From sequence record SRR2962707_2080: a DNA stretch of 64,000 nt; one strand, 5' to 3'. This document shows positions 1 to 8,538 of this stretch, one piece after another. Numbering within the stretch: the first letter of the stretch is position 1; every line of letters begins with the position of its first letter. Made by a program: the position numbers and the translations under genes. The notes under the pieces are model-generated. The model did not search any database. It was not told where the DNA came from and saw only the letters and a list, made by a program, of their open reading frames with translations.

Positions 1-78
1 GTCTTCATCGTCCATCAAAATAACCATTTTACCCTGACGGAAATCGGCTAAAATTTCATCTACACTATTTAACGCCAT
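1..78 (-). CDS. ribB: DHBP synthase (RibB/RibBA), 5' part, runs off the window start
   Basis: Manual minus-strand translation MALNSVDEILADFRQGKMVILMDDED matches the RibB N-terminus; downstream of ribD. Confidence 0.9.
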   Translation of the reverse strand, partial: MALNSVDEILADFRQGKMVILMDDED

Positions 79-141
79 GTTTTTCTCACTTCTTATTCAT
101 GGTTGTCGTTGTATGTATTTTAAAATACGCCAAGGCGTGAC

Positions 142-183
142 CTAATGGAGACGCCCAATAAACCCTTGTTCTGATAAAAAAGC
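142..183 (-). pseudogene. Possible vestige of the 3' end of a riboflavin synthase alpha-chain gene
   Basis: Minus strand reads AFLSEQGFIGRLH*, resembling the 'FLxExGF' tail of gammaproteobacterial riboflavin synthase, at that gene's usual position. Confidence 0.35.
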
Positions 184-244
184 CCCACGGATTCAGCGAG
201 TCTTTTCTTTGCTTCATCGTGCTTATCGTCGAAAACTGGCCAGC

Positions 245-1411
245 TTACTCTTGAGGTGCTTCGTCTAAGTCGCTGTCATCTTCTTCAAATTCTAAATATT
301 GAGGCACATAGACCAAACGCAAATCTTGGCCTACTTGACGCACTGAGGTTAATTCTAAATTCAGCGCTTCATCCATCTTATCTAATGGTAGTTGAAACAT
401 AGGTCGAGCGGTTGACCCCAGCAATTTAGGCGCCATGTAAACCACTATTTCATCGACCAAACCGGCTTGTAAAAAGCCACCAGCAAGCTCAGCACCGGTT
501 TCCACCAGCACTTCATTAATGCCCGCGTCGGCCAATTGTTCCATGGCATCTAGCAGATCCAAACGACCGTCATCACCACGGGGCGCAAAACGCACATTCA
601 CGCCTTTCTCTTGTAAGACATCCAAGTGCTCAGATTCCACTTCATCTTCCAACACAAACACACAGGCTTGCTTCGTTGGGTAGAGAATTTTGGCTTCTGG
701 AAGAATCGACAAGGCCGTGTCCATCACAACACGTAGCGGCTGGCGAACCCGTTTTGCTTCAATCGCCTGATCAGCCTCATTAATACGTACCGTCATGCTT
801 GGGTTATCAGCCAAGACAGTGCCAATACCGGTAATAACCGCATCGCTTTGTGCTCGTAAGCGCTGTACATCTTGACGAGCCTCCGCGCCGGTAATCCATT
901 GGCTTTCACCGGATTCCATCGCGGTGCGACCATCGACGCTCATGGCCAATTTCACTCGAATAAAAGGCAAGCCTTCACGCATACGTTTAACAAAGCCTGG
1001 ATTCAATGCTTCACATTGTGCTTCTAACACGGGTCCTATGACGTCAATGCCTGCTTTGTTTAGTTTAGTCAGTCCTTTTCCTGACACCGCAGGGTTAGGG
1101 TCTTGCATGCCGAAAACCACGCGTGCCACACCGGCTTTCACCAAGGCGTCGGCACAGGGTGGCGTTTTGCCTTGATGGCTACATGGCTCTAGCGTCACAT
1201 ACGCCGTCGCACCGGCCACGTCTTGTGTGGCATTCGCAATCGCATTCACTTCGGCATGACCTTCACCAGAGCGAATATGGTAGCCCTCGCCAATCAACTC
1301 ATCATCTTTCACCAGAACACAACCCACCCTTGGGTTTGGGTGCGTGGAGTACAGACCTTTACGGGCCAGTTGCAGCGCTTTCGCCATCCAATATTCGTGG
1401 TTATAGGTCAT
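245..1411 (-). CDS. ribD: Bifunctional riboflavin biosynthesis deaminase/reductase RibD
   Basis: HAE and PCSH...PPC zinc deaminase motifs, reductase domain; follows nrdR. Confidence 0.97.
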   Translation of the reverse strand: MTYNHEYWMAKALQLARKGLYSTHPNPRVGCVLVKDDELIGEGYHIRSGEGHAEVNAIANATQDVAGATAYVTLEPCSHQGKTPPCADALVKAGVARVVFGMQDPNPAVSGKGLTKLNKAGIDVIGPVLEAQCEALNPGFVKRMREGLPFIRVKLAMSVDGRTAMESGESQWITGAEARQDVQRLRAQSDAVITGIGTVLADNPSMTVRINEADQAIEAKRVRQPLRVVMDTALSILPEAKILYPTKQACVFVLEDEVESEHLDVLQEKGVNVRFAPRGDDGRLDLLDAMEQLADAGINEVLVETGAELAGGFLQAGLVDEIVVYMAPKLLGSTARPMFQLPLDKMDEALNLELTSVRQVGQDLRLVYVPQYLEFEEDDSDLDEAPQE

Positions 1412-1908
1412 GATTTCTTCTCTTCTTTCAATACAGGGGATGGTTGATCGTCGTCGTTGTTGCTTTCTAGATGATCAATAGCATCGCGGAATTCACTAAT
1501 GTCTTTAAAGCTTCGGTACACGGAAGCAAAACGAACGTAGGCCACTTGATCAAGACGCTGTAATTCGTCCATCACCGCCTCACCGGTCCAACGCGATGGT
1601 AACTCGCGCTCCCCTGTTGCCTGCATTTTTTCCATGATCCGAGTAATGGCGGTTTCTACTGCTTCAATACTCACTGGACGCTTTTCAATGGCTTTTAAAA
1701 TACCACTGCGTAATTTTTCTTCGTCAAAAAGCTCTCGGCTACCATCGCTTTTAATTAATTTGGGCATCTGTAACTCGGCCACTTCAAACGTAGTAAAGCG
1801 CTCCTGACAATGGCTACAAGCACGTCGACGGCGCACTTGAGAACCTTCTGAGACTAGGCGGGAATCTACAACTTTGGTATCTTGCGTTCCGCAAAATGGA
1901 CATCGCAT
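1408..1908 (-). CDS. nrdR: Transcriptional repressor NrdR
   Basis: MRCPFC...VVDSR...RRRRAC..C..RFTTFE zinc ribbon plus ATP cone, AYVRFASVY. Confidence 0.98.
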   Translation of the reverse strand: MRCPFCGTQDTKVVDSRLVSEGSQVRRRRACSHCQERFTTFEVAELQMPKLIKSDGSRELFDEEKLRSGILKAIEKRPVSIEAVETAITRIMEKMQATGERELPSRWTGEAVMDELQRLDQVAYVRFASVYRSFKDISEFRDAIDHLESNNDDDQPSPVLKEEKKS

Positions 1909-2192
1909 GGCGTTTCCAGAATGACTGTAAAAAAGGATGAAAAAGCCGCCTGAACGGCTCTATTTTCTAACCAGAATAATACCAACCTCACTTTAATATA
2001 GCTACCAAACGACACACAAGCATTCCCCCATACAGTGATTTGGGTCATGGCTCTCGCAATGCTGGCTTAGCCTCCAGTGAGTACTTTAATTAAGAAGCAT
2101 TGGATTTATAAACTGAGACCTTTGTACAATGCGATAAATACAATAAAGGCGCTTAACAAAGCCTCTCATAAGCATTTTAATAAGGACATGAC

Positions 2193-3098
2193 ATGCCTTT
2201 CGCGGAATTATCTGGGCTCGTCGCAGCACTCTGCTGGACCATCTCTAGTTTAATGGCCCCTAGATTGATTGGCCGCTTTGGCACCATGCGATTCAACACC
2301 TTTCGAATCCTTACCGCCAGTACTATTTTGCTCTCTATTAGCCTCCTCACCCAGCGCTTTGACCCTTCTTTGTGGGAACATAAAAACAGCGTTATGTTGT
2401 CGGGCATATTAGGCATTTTCTTGGGTGACACCTGCTTATTCAGCGCGGTTCACCGGCTTGGCCCTAGACGCGCGGGCATCTTGTTTGCGACCAACGCTCC
2501 TATCTCGATTTTACTAAGCTGGTTGTTTTTAAATGAAACACTGACCCTATGGCAACTCTTCGCTTGTGGTTTAGTACTCACCGGTGTCGTCATTGCTATC
2601 CTGTTCGGCAGACGTACTCAAAGCCATGACTGGGAACAGACCAAAGGTCGTTTGAGTGTGGGCATCTTGATGGCATTAGGTGGCGCCTTAGGCCAAGCCA
2701 GTGGCGCCTTGCTCAGCAAACCCGCACTGTTGGATGGCGCAGACCCGATTGCCGTCTCAGCACTCCGCGTTTCCACTGGCGCCATTGCTCTGGCGCTTGC
2801 TTACGGCCTTTACTACCGTCATCGCTTACCGGCGACGGCGCTTTCTTTTCAACAACTGACGTACAAAGATGCGCTGGGCTTAATGACGATCGCGATTGTT
2901 GGCATGGTCATCGGCATGAGTGTTTTGGTTTGGGGGATCGGCCATGCTGACGTGGGGCTCGTGACCACGTTATCTGCCACAGTGCCCGTGCTGATCTTGC
3001 CGGGGCTTTGGATAACGACCCGACAAATACCTTCTTTTGGTGCTTGGTTAGGGGCAATTTTAGTTGTTATAGGAGCCTCTCTAATTATTCTGCATTAG
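2193..3098 (+). CDS. DMT/EamA family transporter
   Basis: About 10 hydrophobic segments in two EamA-like halves; AGGA RBS. Confidence 0.85.
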   Translation: MPFAELSGLVAALCWTISSLMAPRLIGRFGTMRFNTFRILTASTILLSISLLTQRFDPSLWEHKNSVMLSGILGIFLGDTCLFSAVHRLGPRRAGILFATNAPISILLSWLFLNETLTLWQLFACGLVLTGVVIAILFGRRTQSHDWEQTKGRLSVGILMALGGALGQASGALLSKPALLDGADPIAVSALRVSTGAIALALAYGLYYRHRLPATALSFQQLTYKDALGLMTIAIVGMVIGMSVLVWGIGHADVGLVTTLSATVPVLILPGLWITTRQIPSFGAWLGAILVVIGASLIILH

Positions 3099-3227
3099 GG
3101 TCAGCTGTGCTATCCTTAGCGCACTTTGTTTTATCAGCACCCCTGGTTTTTAACGGTTAAAAAATCGCCGTAAAAACGAGGCGTGTTTCGTATATTCATT
3201 CATCTATTTCAGGATTATTACTCGCTT

Positions 3228-4889
3228 ATGGCTCAGTTTGTTTACAGCATGAACCGCGTAGGGAAAGTCGTACCTCCTAAACGCGAGATTCTTAAAGACA
3301 TCTCTCTTTCTTTCTTCCCTGGCGCCAAGATTGGTGTATTGGGTCTTAACGGTTCTGGTAAATCCACACTGCTTCGCATCATGGCAGGCGTAGACACTGA
3401 ACATAACGGTGAAGCTCGCCCAATGCCGGGCATCAAAATTGGCTACTTGGAGCAAGAACCTCATCTTGATCCAGAAAAGAACGTCCGTGGCATTGTTGAA
3501 GAAGCCTTTACTGACGTTATTGAAGCGATGGCCCGCTTGGATGCCGTTTACGCGGAATACGCAGAGCCAGACGCTGACTTCGATGCACTAGCAAAAGAGC
3601 AAGGCCAACTTGAAGCCTTGATCGAAGCAAAAGAAGGCCACAACCTAGAGCGCGCGCTTGAAGTTGCCGCCGACGCCCTTCGCTTGCCGCACTGGGACGC
3701 GAAAGTAGAGCACCTTTCTGGTGGTGAACGTCGCCGTGTTGCCCTTTGTCGTCTATTGCTAAACAAGCCAGACATGATCCTTCTCGACGAGCCTACCAAC
3801 CATTTGGATGCAGAATCCGTGGCTTGGCTAGAGCGTTTCTTGAAAGACTACCCAGGTACCGTTGTGGCGATTACCCATGACCGTTACTTCCTAGACAACG
3901 CAGCGGGCTGGATTCTGGAACTTGACCGTGGTCACGGTATTCCATACGAAGGCAACTACTCGTCTTGGTTGGAGCAAAAAGACGCTCGATTGGCCAGCGA
4001 AGCGAAGCAACAAGCCTCTCACCAAAAAGCCATTAAATCGGAACTTGAGTGGGTTCGCCAGAACGCCAAAGGTCGTCAGTCTAAATCCAAAGCACGTTTG
4101 GCTCGCTTCGAAGAAATGAACTCTCAAGAGTTCCAAGATCGTAACGAAACCAACGAATTGTACATTCCACCAGGACCACGTCTTGGCTCTAAAGTCATCG
4201 AAATCGAAGGCGTTAGCAAAAGCTTCGAACACAAGATGCTACTAGAAGACTTCAACATGGTGGTACCGCAAGGCGCGATCGTTGGTGTTGTTGGTGGTAA
4301 CGGTGCGGGTAAATCGACGCTGTTCAAAATGATCGCAGGCATCGAACAACCCGACACAGGCACAGTCACCATAGGCGAAACCGTACAGCTTGCTTACGTA
4401 GACCAAATGCGTGAATTGGACGGTGACAAAACCGTCTTTGAAGAAATCGCTGACGGCCAAGACATGATCACGGTTCACAACTACAAGGTGCCGTCTCGTG
4501 CTTACATTGGTCGCTTTAACTTCAAAGGGTCTGATCAACAAAAATTGGTTAAGCATCTGTCTGGTGGTGAGCGTAACCGTTTGCACCTTGCGAAATTGCT
4601 TAAAGAAGGCGGCAACGTATTGCTACTGGATGAGCCGACCAACGACCTTGACGTAGAAACCTTACGTGCACTGGAAGACGCGCTATTGGCCTTCCCAGGC
4701 GCTGCGATTGTTATTTCCCACGACCGTTGGTTCCTTGACCGTATCGCCACACACATCCTAGCGTACGAAGGCGACTCTAAAGCCGTCTTCTTCGAAGGGA
4801 ACTACGCAGAATACGAAGCCGACTACAAACAACGTACCGGTAACGACGCGACACCAACTCGTATCAAATACAAACGTATTGATGCGTAA
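3228..4889 (+). CDS. ettA: Energy-dependent translational throttle ABC-F protein EttA
   Basis: MAQFVYSMNRVGKVVPPKREILKDISLSFFPGAKIG start; two ABC domains (GSGKST/LSGGE/DEPTN); start moved to ATG 3228. Confidence 0.97.
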   Translation: MAQFVYSMNRVGKVVPPKREILKDISLSFFPGAKIGVLGLNGSGKSTLLRIMAGVDTEHNGEARPMPGIKIGYLEQEPHLDPEKNVRGIVEEAFTDVIEAMARLDAVYAEYAEPDADFDALAKEQGQLEALIEAKEGHNLERALEVAADALRLPHWDAKVEHLSGGERRRVALCRLLLNKPDMILLDEPTNHLDAESVAWLERFLKDYPGTVVAITHDRYFLDNAAGWILELDRGHGIPYEGNYSSWLEQKDARLASEAKQQASHQKAIKSELEWVRQNAKGRQSKSKARLARFEEMNSQEFQDRNETNELYIPPGPRLGSKVIEIEGVSKSFEHKMLLEDFNMVVPQGAIVGVVGGNGAGKSTLFKMIAGIEQPDTGTVTIGETVQLAYVDQMRELDGDKTVFEEIADGQDMITVHNYKVPSRAYIGRFNFKGSDQQKLVKHLSGGERNRLHLAKLLKEGGNVLLLDEPTNDLDVETLRALEDALLAFPGAAIVISHDRWFLDRIATHILAYEGDSKAVFFEGNYAEYEADYKQRTGNDATPTRIKYKRIDA

Positions 4890-4919
4890 TTAATTCTATT
4901 TAATAGGATTGCTTGGTAC

Positions 4920-4959
4920 AGAAATGAGAAGCCGCTTTCAGAAATGGAAGCGGCTTTTT
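4920..4959 (+). repeat. 40-bp direct repeat, copy 1
   Basis: AGAAATGAGAAGCCGCTTTCAGAAATGGAAGCGGCTTTTT; 38/40 identical to 5878-5917. Confidence 0.9.
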
Positions 4960-4960
4960 T
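4929..4960 (+). terminator. Intrinsic terminator after ettA (possibly bidirectional)
   Basis: AAGCCGCTTTCA-GAAA-TGGAAGCGGCTT hairpin plus T tract. Confidence 0.85.
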
Positions 4961-5020
4961 ATTGGCCTTCATGAACACTTGGAAGACAAAAGGGGAAGAT
5001 TCTGGTTCGGTGTATAAAAT

Positions 5021-5323
5021 TTAAGCGATCGCTTCGATTCCATTTTTCTCAGCCAGCGACAGCATTTTAAGCGCAGCGCCTCTAGGCTTGCTTTCGCCTT
5101 GTTCCCATTTTTTGACAAGTTTATCGCTGACGTTTAAGTATTGAGCAAAAACAGGTTGTGAGAGGTTGTTAGCCAGTCGCAGTTGACGAACTTTCTCAGG
5201 CGTAAATTCATGAATAGACGTGAGGCACAATGCATCAAACTTACGCATAGTCGTTTTGTCTATCACGCCAGCTTTGCTTAGCCCTTTGGCCGTTTTATGT
5301 ACAGATGTTAAAATATCACTCAT
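5021..5323 (-). CDS. XRE/HTH antitoxin (HigA/YiaG-like)
   Basis: TMRKFDALCL...LSQPVFAQYLNVS...KWEQGESKPRGAALKML HTH; ATG overlaps the toxin stop. Confidence 0.88.
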   Translation of the reverse strand: MSDILTSVHKTAKGLSKAGVIDKTTMRKFDALCLTSIHEFTPEKVRQLRLANNLSQPVFAQYLNVSDKLVKKWEQGESKPRGAALKMLSLAEKNGIEAIA

Positions 5324-5705
5324 GACCCTCTCCTTTCCCACTAGCACCGACTGTCGTTAATTCACCAGACAAGATCAGGCGATCTATCTCTTCCGAATCG
5401 AAAGAAATAAAAGTTTGAGCCAACTCTCTAAGTGCGAGTTTTTCTTGATGAGAAATATTTGCTCGTTGATTCTTAGCAAATGCATATAAGAAGAAGTACT
5501 TCTCATCAATAACCGCACCAATCAGAGTACGAAAGCCTCCACTCTTACCTTTGTTTCCTGACGCAACTCTCTTTTTATAAAGCGATCCGCCCAAGTCCGC
5601 ATCGATCAAACCTCGCTTTATTTCGTCACATGCCTGAATCAAATCTGCATCAGACATGCTTTCTTTCTTAGTTAAAGAACAAAACGCTCTTGTCTTATAA
5701 ATCAA
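5316..5705 (-). CDS. Type II TA toxin, RelE/ParE (HigB-like) family
   Basis: DADLGG.LYKKRV....GKSGGFR....FLYAFAKN...NIS motifs; AGGAGG RBS before the TTG start; toxin precedes antitoxin. Confidence 0.88.
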   Translation of the reverse strand: MIYKTRAFCSLTKKESMSDADLIQACDEIKRGLIDADLGGSLYKKRVASGNKGKSGGFRTLIGAVIDEKYFFLYAFAKNQRANISHQEKLALRELAQTFISFDSEEIDRLILSGELTTVGASGKGEGHE

Positions 5706-5733
5706 AGTATACCCTCCTTGGGTAGTATTTCAA
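5706..5733 (-). promoter_or_regulatory. Putative TA promoter/operator
   Basis: Minus strand TTGAAA-N16-TATACT enclosing the inverted repeat TACCC-N5-GGGTA, which overlaps the SD. Confidence 0.45.
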
Positions 5734-5877
5734 CAATACTCTACACATCCTGTGTTTGTTTTATCTTGCCATCTATTTCACTGTAGCACTCTTTTAGATA
5801 CTTCAACTAAGCACCTTAAAAGCCGATCGCTATGGCTCAAGTTATGCGTTTGCAACGCAGTGCGATCGTGTAGGGTT

Positions 5878-5917
5878 AGAAATGAGAAGCCGCCTTCAGA
5901 AATGGGAGCGGCTTTTT
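5878..5917 (+). repeat. 40-bp direct repeat, copy 2 (degenerate ettA terminator)
   Basis: AGAAATGAGAAGCCGCCTTCAGAAATGGGAGCGGCTTTTT. Confidence 0.9.
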
Positions 5918-5956
5918 AAGACATAAAGAGGGTGGTTTTATCGATTTTTGAGGGGG

Positions 5957-6622
5957 TTAGAGGAAGAATTTTCCGATCTGGATCTTAAAACTGTCTTTTT
6001 GTACGAACGCGTATTCTACTTTGTTTAACAGCCCTAAGTTTCCTAGCACGCTCAGTAAGACGGTTTCATCGCAGCTCTCCATCCGCTCGCCGATGATGAT
6101 TTTAGACAAGGACTTCTTATCATATTGCAGAGAGTCGGATTTTTCCGTTATAAAACGATATTCCCTTTCATTCTCAAATTCTTTCGGCTTTTGGAAAAAG
6201 AGGTTTCGATACATGTTTTTGTCGCGCAAAACCTCATGATCAACACCGGATAGCGGCTCTGGCCCTTGGTCGCTAGACAAGGGATCTAACAAGGTTCTAC
6301 CCGATTGATAATGCACATCTCCATTGAATAAAACGGCACTCTCTATACTTGAAACAAAGCTGTCGAAGCCAAACACCAAACAGAAACCTTTTAATTCATT
6401 GCCGTAATGCGCCCACATAAAAGGGGAGTTTTCTATTTGAGAAGGCTCCCCTTTCGTCATACTAAGAATGCCAAATTTTTTTAAATCTTTACTGTGCCCC
6501 TCTAAAGCAAACATGCCTTCTGTTGGGTCATTTAACTGATCAGTTCTGGCAAAATATAGGCTATGTTTGATTAACCCTTCTAACGAGAGGTTATTGATCG
6601 TTTGAAACTTATATAGATTCAT
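5957..6622 (-). CDS. DUF2971-like protein
   Basis: LYKF...LYF....LNDP.EG...MWAHYG....GFCL.F...V.Y...KP..FE.E.EYR pattern; ATG 6622 has a GGAG RBS (alternative start 6634); AT-richer than flanks. Confidence 0.7.
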   Translation of the reverse strand: MNLYKFQTINNLSLEGLIKHSLYFARTDQLNDPTEGMFALEGHSKDLKKFGILSMTKGEPSQIENSPFMWAHYGNELKGFCLVFGFDSFVSSIESAVLFNGDVHYQSGRTLLDPLSSDQGPEPLSGVDHEVLRDKNMYRNLFFQKPKEFENEREYRFITEKSDSLQYDKKSLSKIIIGERMESCDETVLLSVLGNLGLLNKVEYAFVQKDSFKIQIGKFFL

Positions 6623-6654
6623 CCAATACTCCATCGATAACTTTTGACGAGCTC

Positions 6655-6902
6655 GGCCATCACATCAATGTCTTTTTCAGCCAATGACAGTATTTTCAGC
6701 ACAGCATCTTGAGGGCGTTCGCCTTGCCCCCATTGTTAACGCGCTTGTCACTGGCGTTTAAGCATGGTGTAGAAAACGCTGGTGACCGTTTGTTGATGAG
6801 CCTTAAAGCCTTGACCTACCCTAGGATGAAACCATAAATACAAGTAAGGCATCAAATTTACGCAGAGTTATTTCCTCCCGATAGACATTGCTTTAACTAG
6901 CC
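6655..6902 (-). pseudogene. Decayed paralog of the HTH antitoxin at 5021-5323
   Basis: Fragments TLRKFDAL, LNASDKRV and WGQGERPQDAVLKILSLAEKDIDVMA align with TMRKFDAL, LNVSDKLV and WEQGESKPRGAALKMLSLAEKNGIEAIA, with frameshifts between them. Confidence 0.8.
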
Positions 6903-6936
6903 TACCGGTCATAGAGTCGTAATAGTGGCGGTTTGA

Positions 6937-7902
6937 TCACGGCCGCTTTTTCAAGATGCCACTGGCGATAAGCACGCCGACGCTCACAAGAACTAAGCCA
7001 ACAATAGCGTAGCTGGTAATGGCCTCGCCTAATACTGGAATGGCAATAAGCGCAGCGAGAACAGGCGTAAAGGCACCGATGGCCGCCATGTTTTCGGCCC
7101 CCAACTTATGAATAGCATACCCATAGGTAAAACCAGTCAGCAATCCCACCAGCAAACTTTGCACCAGTATCTGTCCTGCTAACATATCCCACGAAGCATC
7201 TGCCAATCCGCTAGACACCATTCCTGTGGCGTACATAAACAAGAGAATCACGGTGGACGACAATCCCATTAACGCGGTGGACACTAAGGGTGGCAAACCA
7301 GCAATGCGAAGGCTTACGGTATATATAGCCCAGAAAACACTGGCGCCCAGCAACATTAAATCCCCTATCCAGGTGCCTGCTGGTGCGGTAAACAATGATA
7401 AAACCATTAATACCACGACGCCTGCACACACAAAACTCAAGCCAATTTTACGCGCAGGGCTGACCTTCTCTTGATAAAAAAGCACCGCCAACAAGGTGAC
7501 AAAAAACGGATAGGCGCCGAGGATCAATAAACCGGCATGGGACGCTGGTGCGTACTTTAGCCCTGTGGCGCTTAAATAGAAAAATGGTAATCCGGCACCA
7601 CAAATAATGCCTAATAACAGCAGCGGCGATACCGCTTTTACTTGCCCGCGAGCGCGCCAAAGAATCGGCCACAACAGCAATGCCGGTGGCGAAAAACGCA
7701 ATATGCCCAGGTCAAAGGCGGTTAATGAATTGGTCATGCCAGCACGCATACTGACCAACCAAGATGCCCAAATCAAAATGCTCACCAAGGCCGCTAATAA
7801 GCCAAGGCGAAACCCCCACCCGGTCGCGTATTGTTTGTATTTTGGAGGCTCGGCCGCCACGGTTTGTTGAGACTTTTCTAGGTATATTTGTGACATAGCC
7901 AC
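6937..7902 (-). CDS. DMT/EamA family transporter (probable amino-acid exporter)
   Basis: 10 TM EamA pattern; divergent from an Lrp regulator. Confidence 0.85.
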   Translation of the reverse strand: MAMSQIYLEKSQQTVAAEPPKYKQYATGWGFRLGLLAALVSILIWASWLVSMRAGMTNSLTAFDLGILRFSPPALLLWPILWRARGQVKAVSPLLLLGIICGAGLPFFYLSATGLKYAPASHAGLLILGAYPFFVTLLAVLFYQEKVSPARKIGLSFVCAGVVVLMVLSLFTAPAGTWIGDLMLLGASVFWAIYTVSLRIAGLPPLVSTALMGLSSTVILLFMYATGMVSSGLADASWDMLAGQILVQSLLVGLLTGFTYGYAIHKLGAENMAAIGAFTPVLAALIAIPVLGEAITSYAIVGLVLVSVGVLIASGILKKRP

Positions 7903-8015
7903 CTCACGGAAATCGATACGCCATTATCTGTGCAGAACCGTGAGCATGTCCTTGCTATTACCCCTTATAAAAGGCTACTTTTTAGCATATAACACCCTAA
8001 TACAATCTATAAAAT

Positions 8016-8507
8016 ATGAAGTATGCCAATATGGACAAAACCGATCTTGAAATCCTGTCTCATCTTCAATCCGATGGCCGCCTAACCAATGTGGCGTTAG
8101 CAGAAGAAATCCACCTCTCGCCGTCCCCTTGTTTACGTCGCGTTAAGCAATTAGAAGACGCGGGCGTCATCGAGGGCTATCACGCTCGTATTGATCGCCA
8201 AAAAGCCGGATTTTCAATGACGGTATTTGTTGAAGTGCGCTTAAAAAGCCACACAGACGACAAACACATCGCTTTTGAAAATGCGATTTTAGAGGTCAGC
8301 GACATCATCAGTGCCCACCTTGTTTCTGGCAGCGCGGATTACCGTTTGGAAGTCGTGGCGGTTGATCTACAAGACTACGAGCGCATTTTAAAAAAACTAC
8401 AATACTTGCCTCACGTAAAAGACATTCAAAGCCATTTCGCCATTCGCACGGTGAAAACCGCAGCACCTTTGCCTTTAACAAAAGCATCAGGTAAAACAAA
8501 GGCATAG
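8016..8507 (+). CDS. Lrp/AsnC family transcriptional regulator
   Basis: DGRLTNVALAEEIHLSPSPCLRRVKQLE HTH plus RAM domain. Confidence 0.93.
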   Translation: MKYANMDKTDLEILSHLQSDGRLTNVALAEEIHLSPSPCLRRVKQLEDAGVIEGYHARIDRQKAGFSMTVFVEVRLKSHTDDKHIAFENAILEVSDIISAHLVSGSADYRLEVVAVDLQDYERILKKLQYLPHVKDIQSHFAIRTVKTAAPLPLTKASGKTKA

Positions 8508-8538
8508 TCTGAATAAAATACCGTCAGCATAATGGAGT

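Noticed and set aside
79-244. FMN riboswitch in the rib region
   Set aside because: No RFN conserved blocks seen here or upstream of nrdR
5824-5881. Imperfect hairpin (GATCGC...TGCGTT-TGC-AACGCA...GCGATC) ending near GTTAGAA, considered as an integron attC site
   Set aside because: No matching RYYYAAC/GTTRRRY pair in the orientation of the genes, no second copy and no integrase
4920-5917. Repeat pair as CRISPR or IS ends
   Set aside because: Only two direct copies about 1 kb apart, terminator-shaped, with no cas or transposase gene
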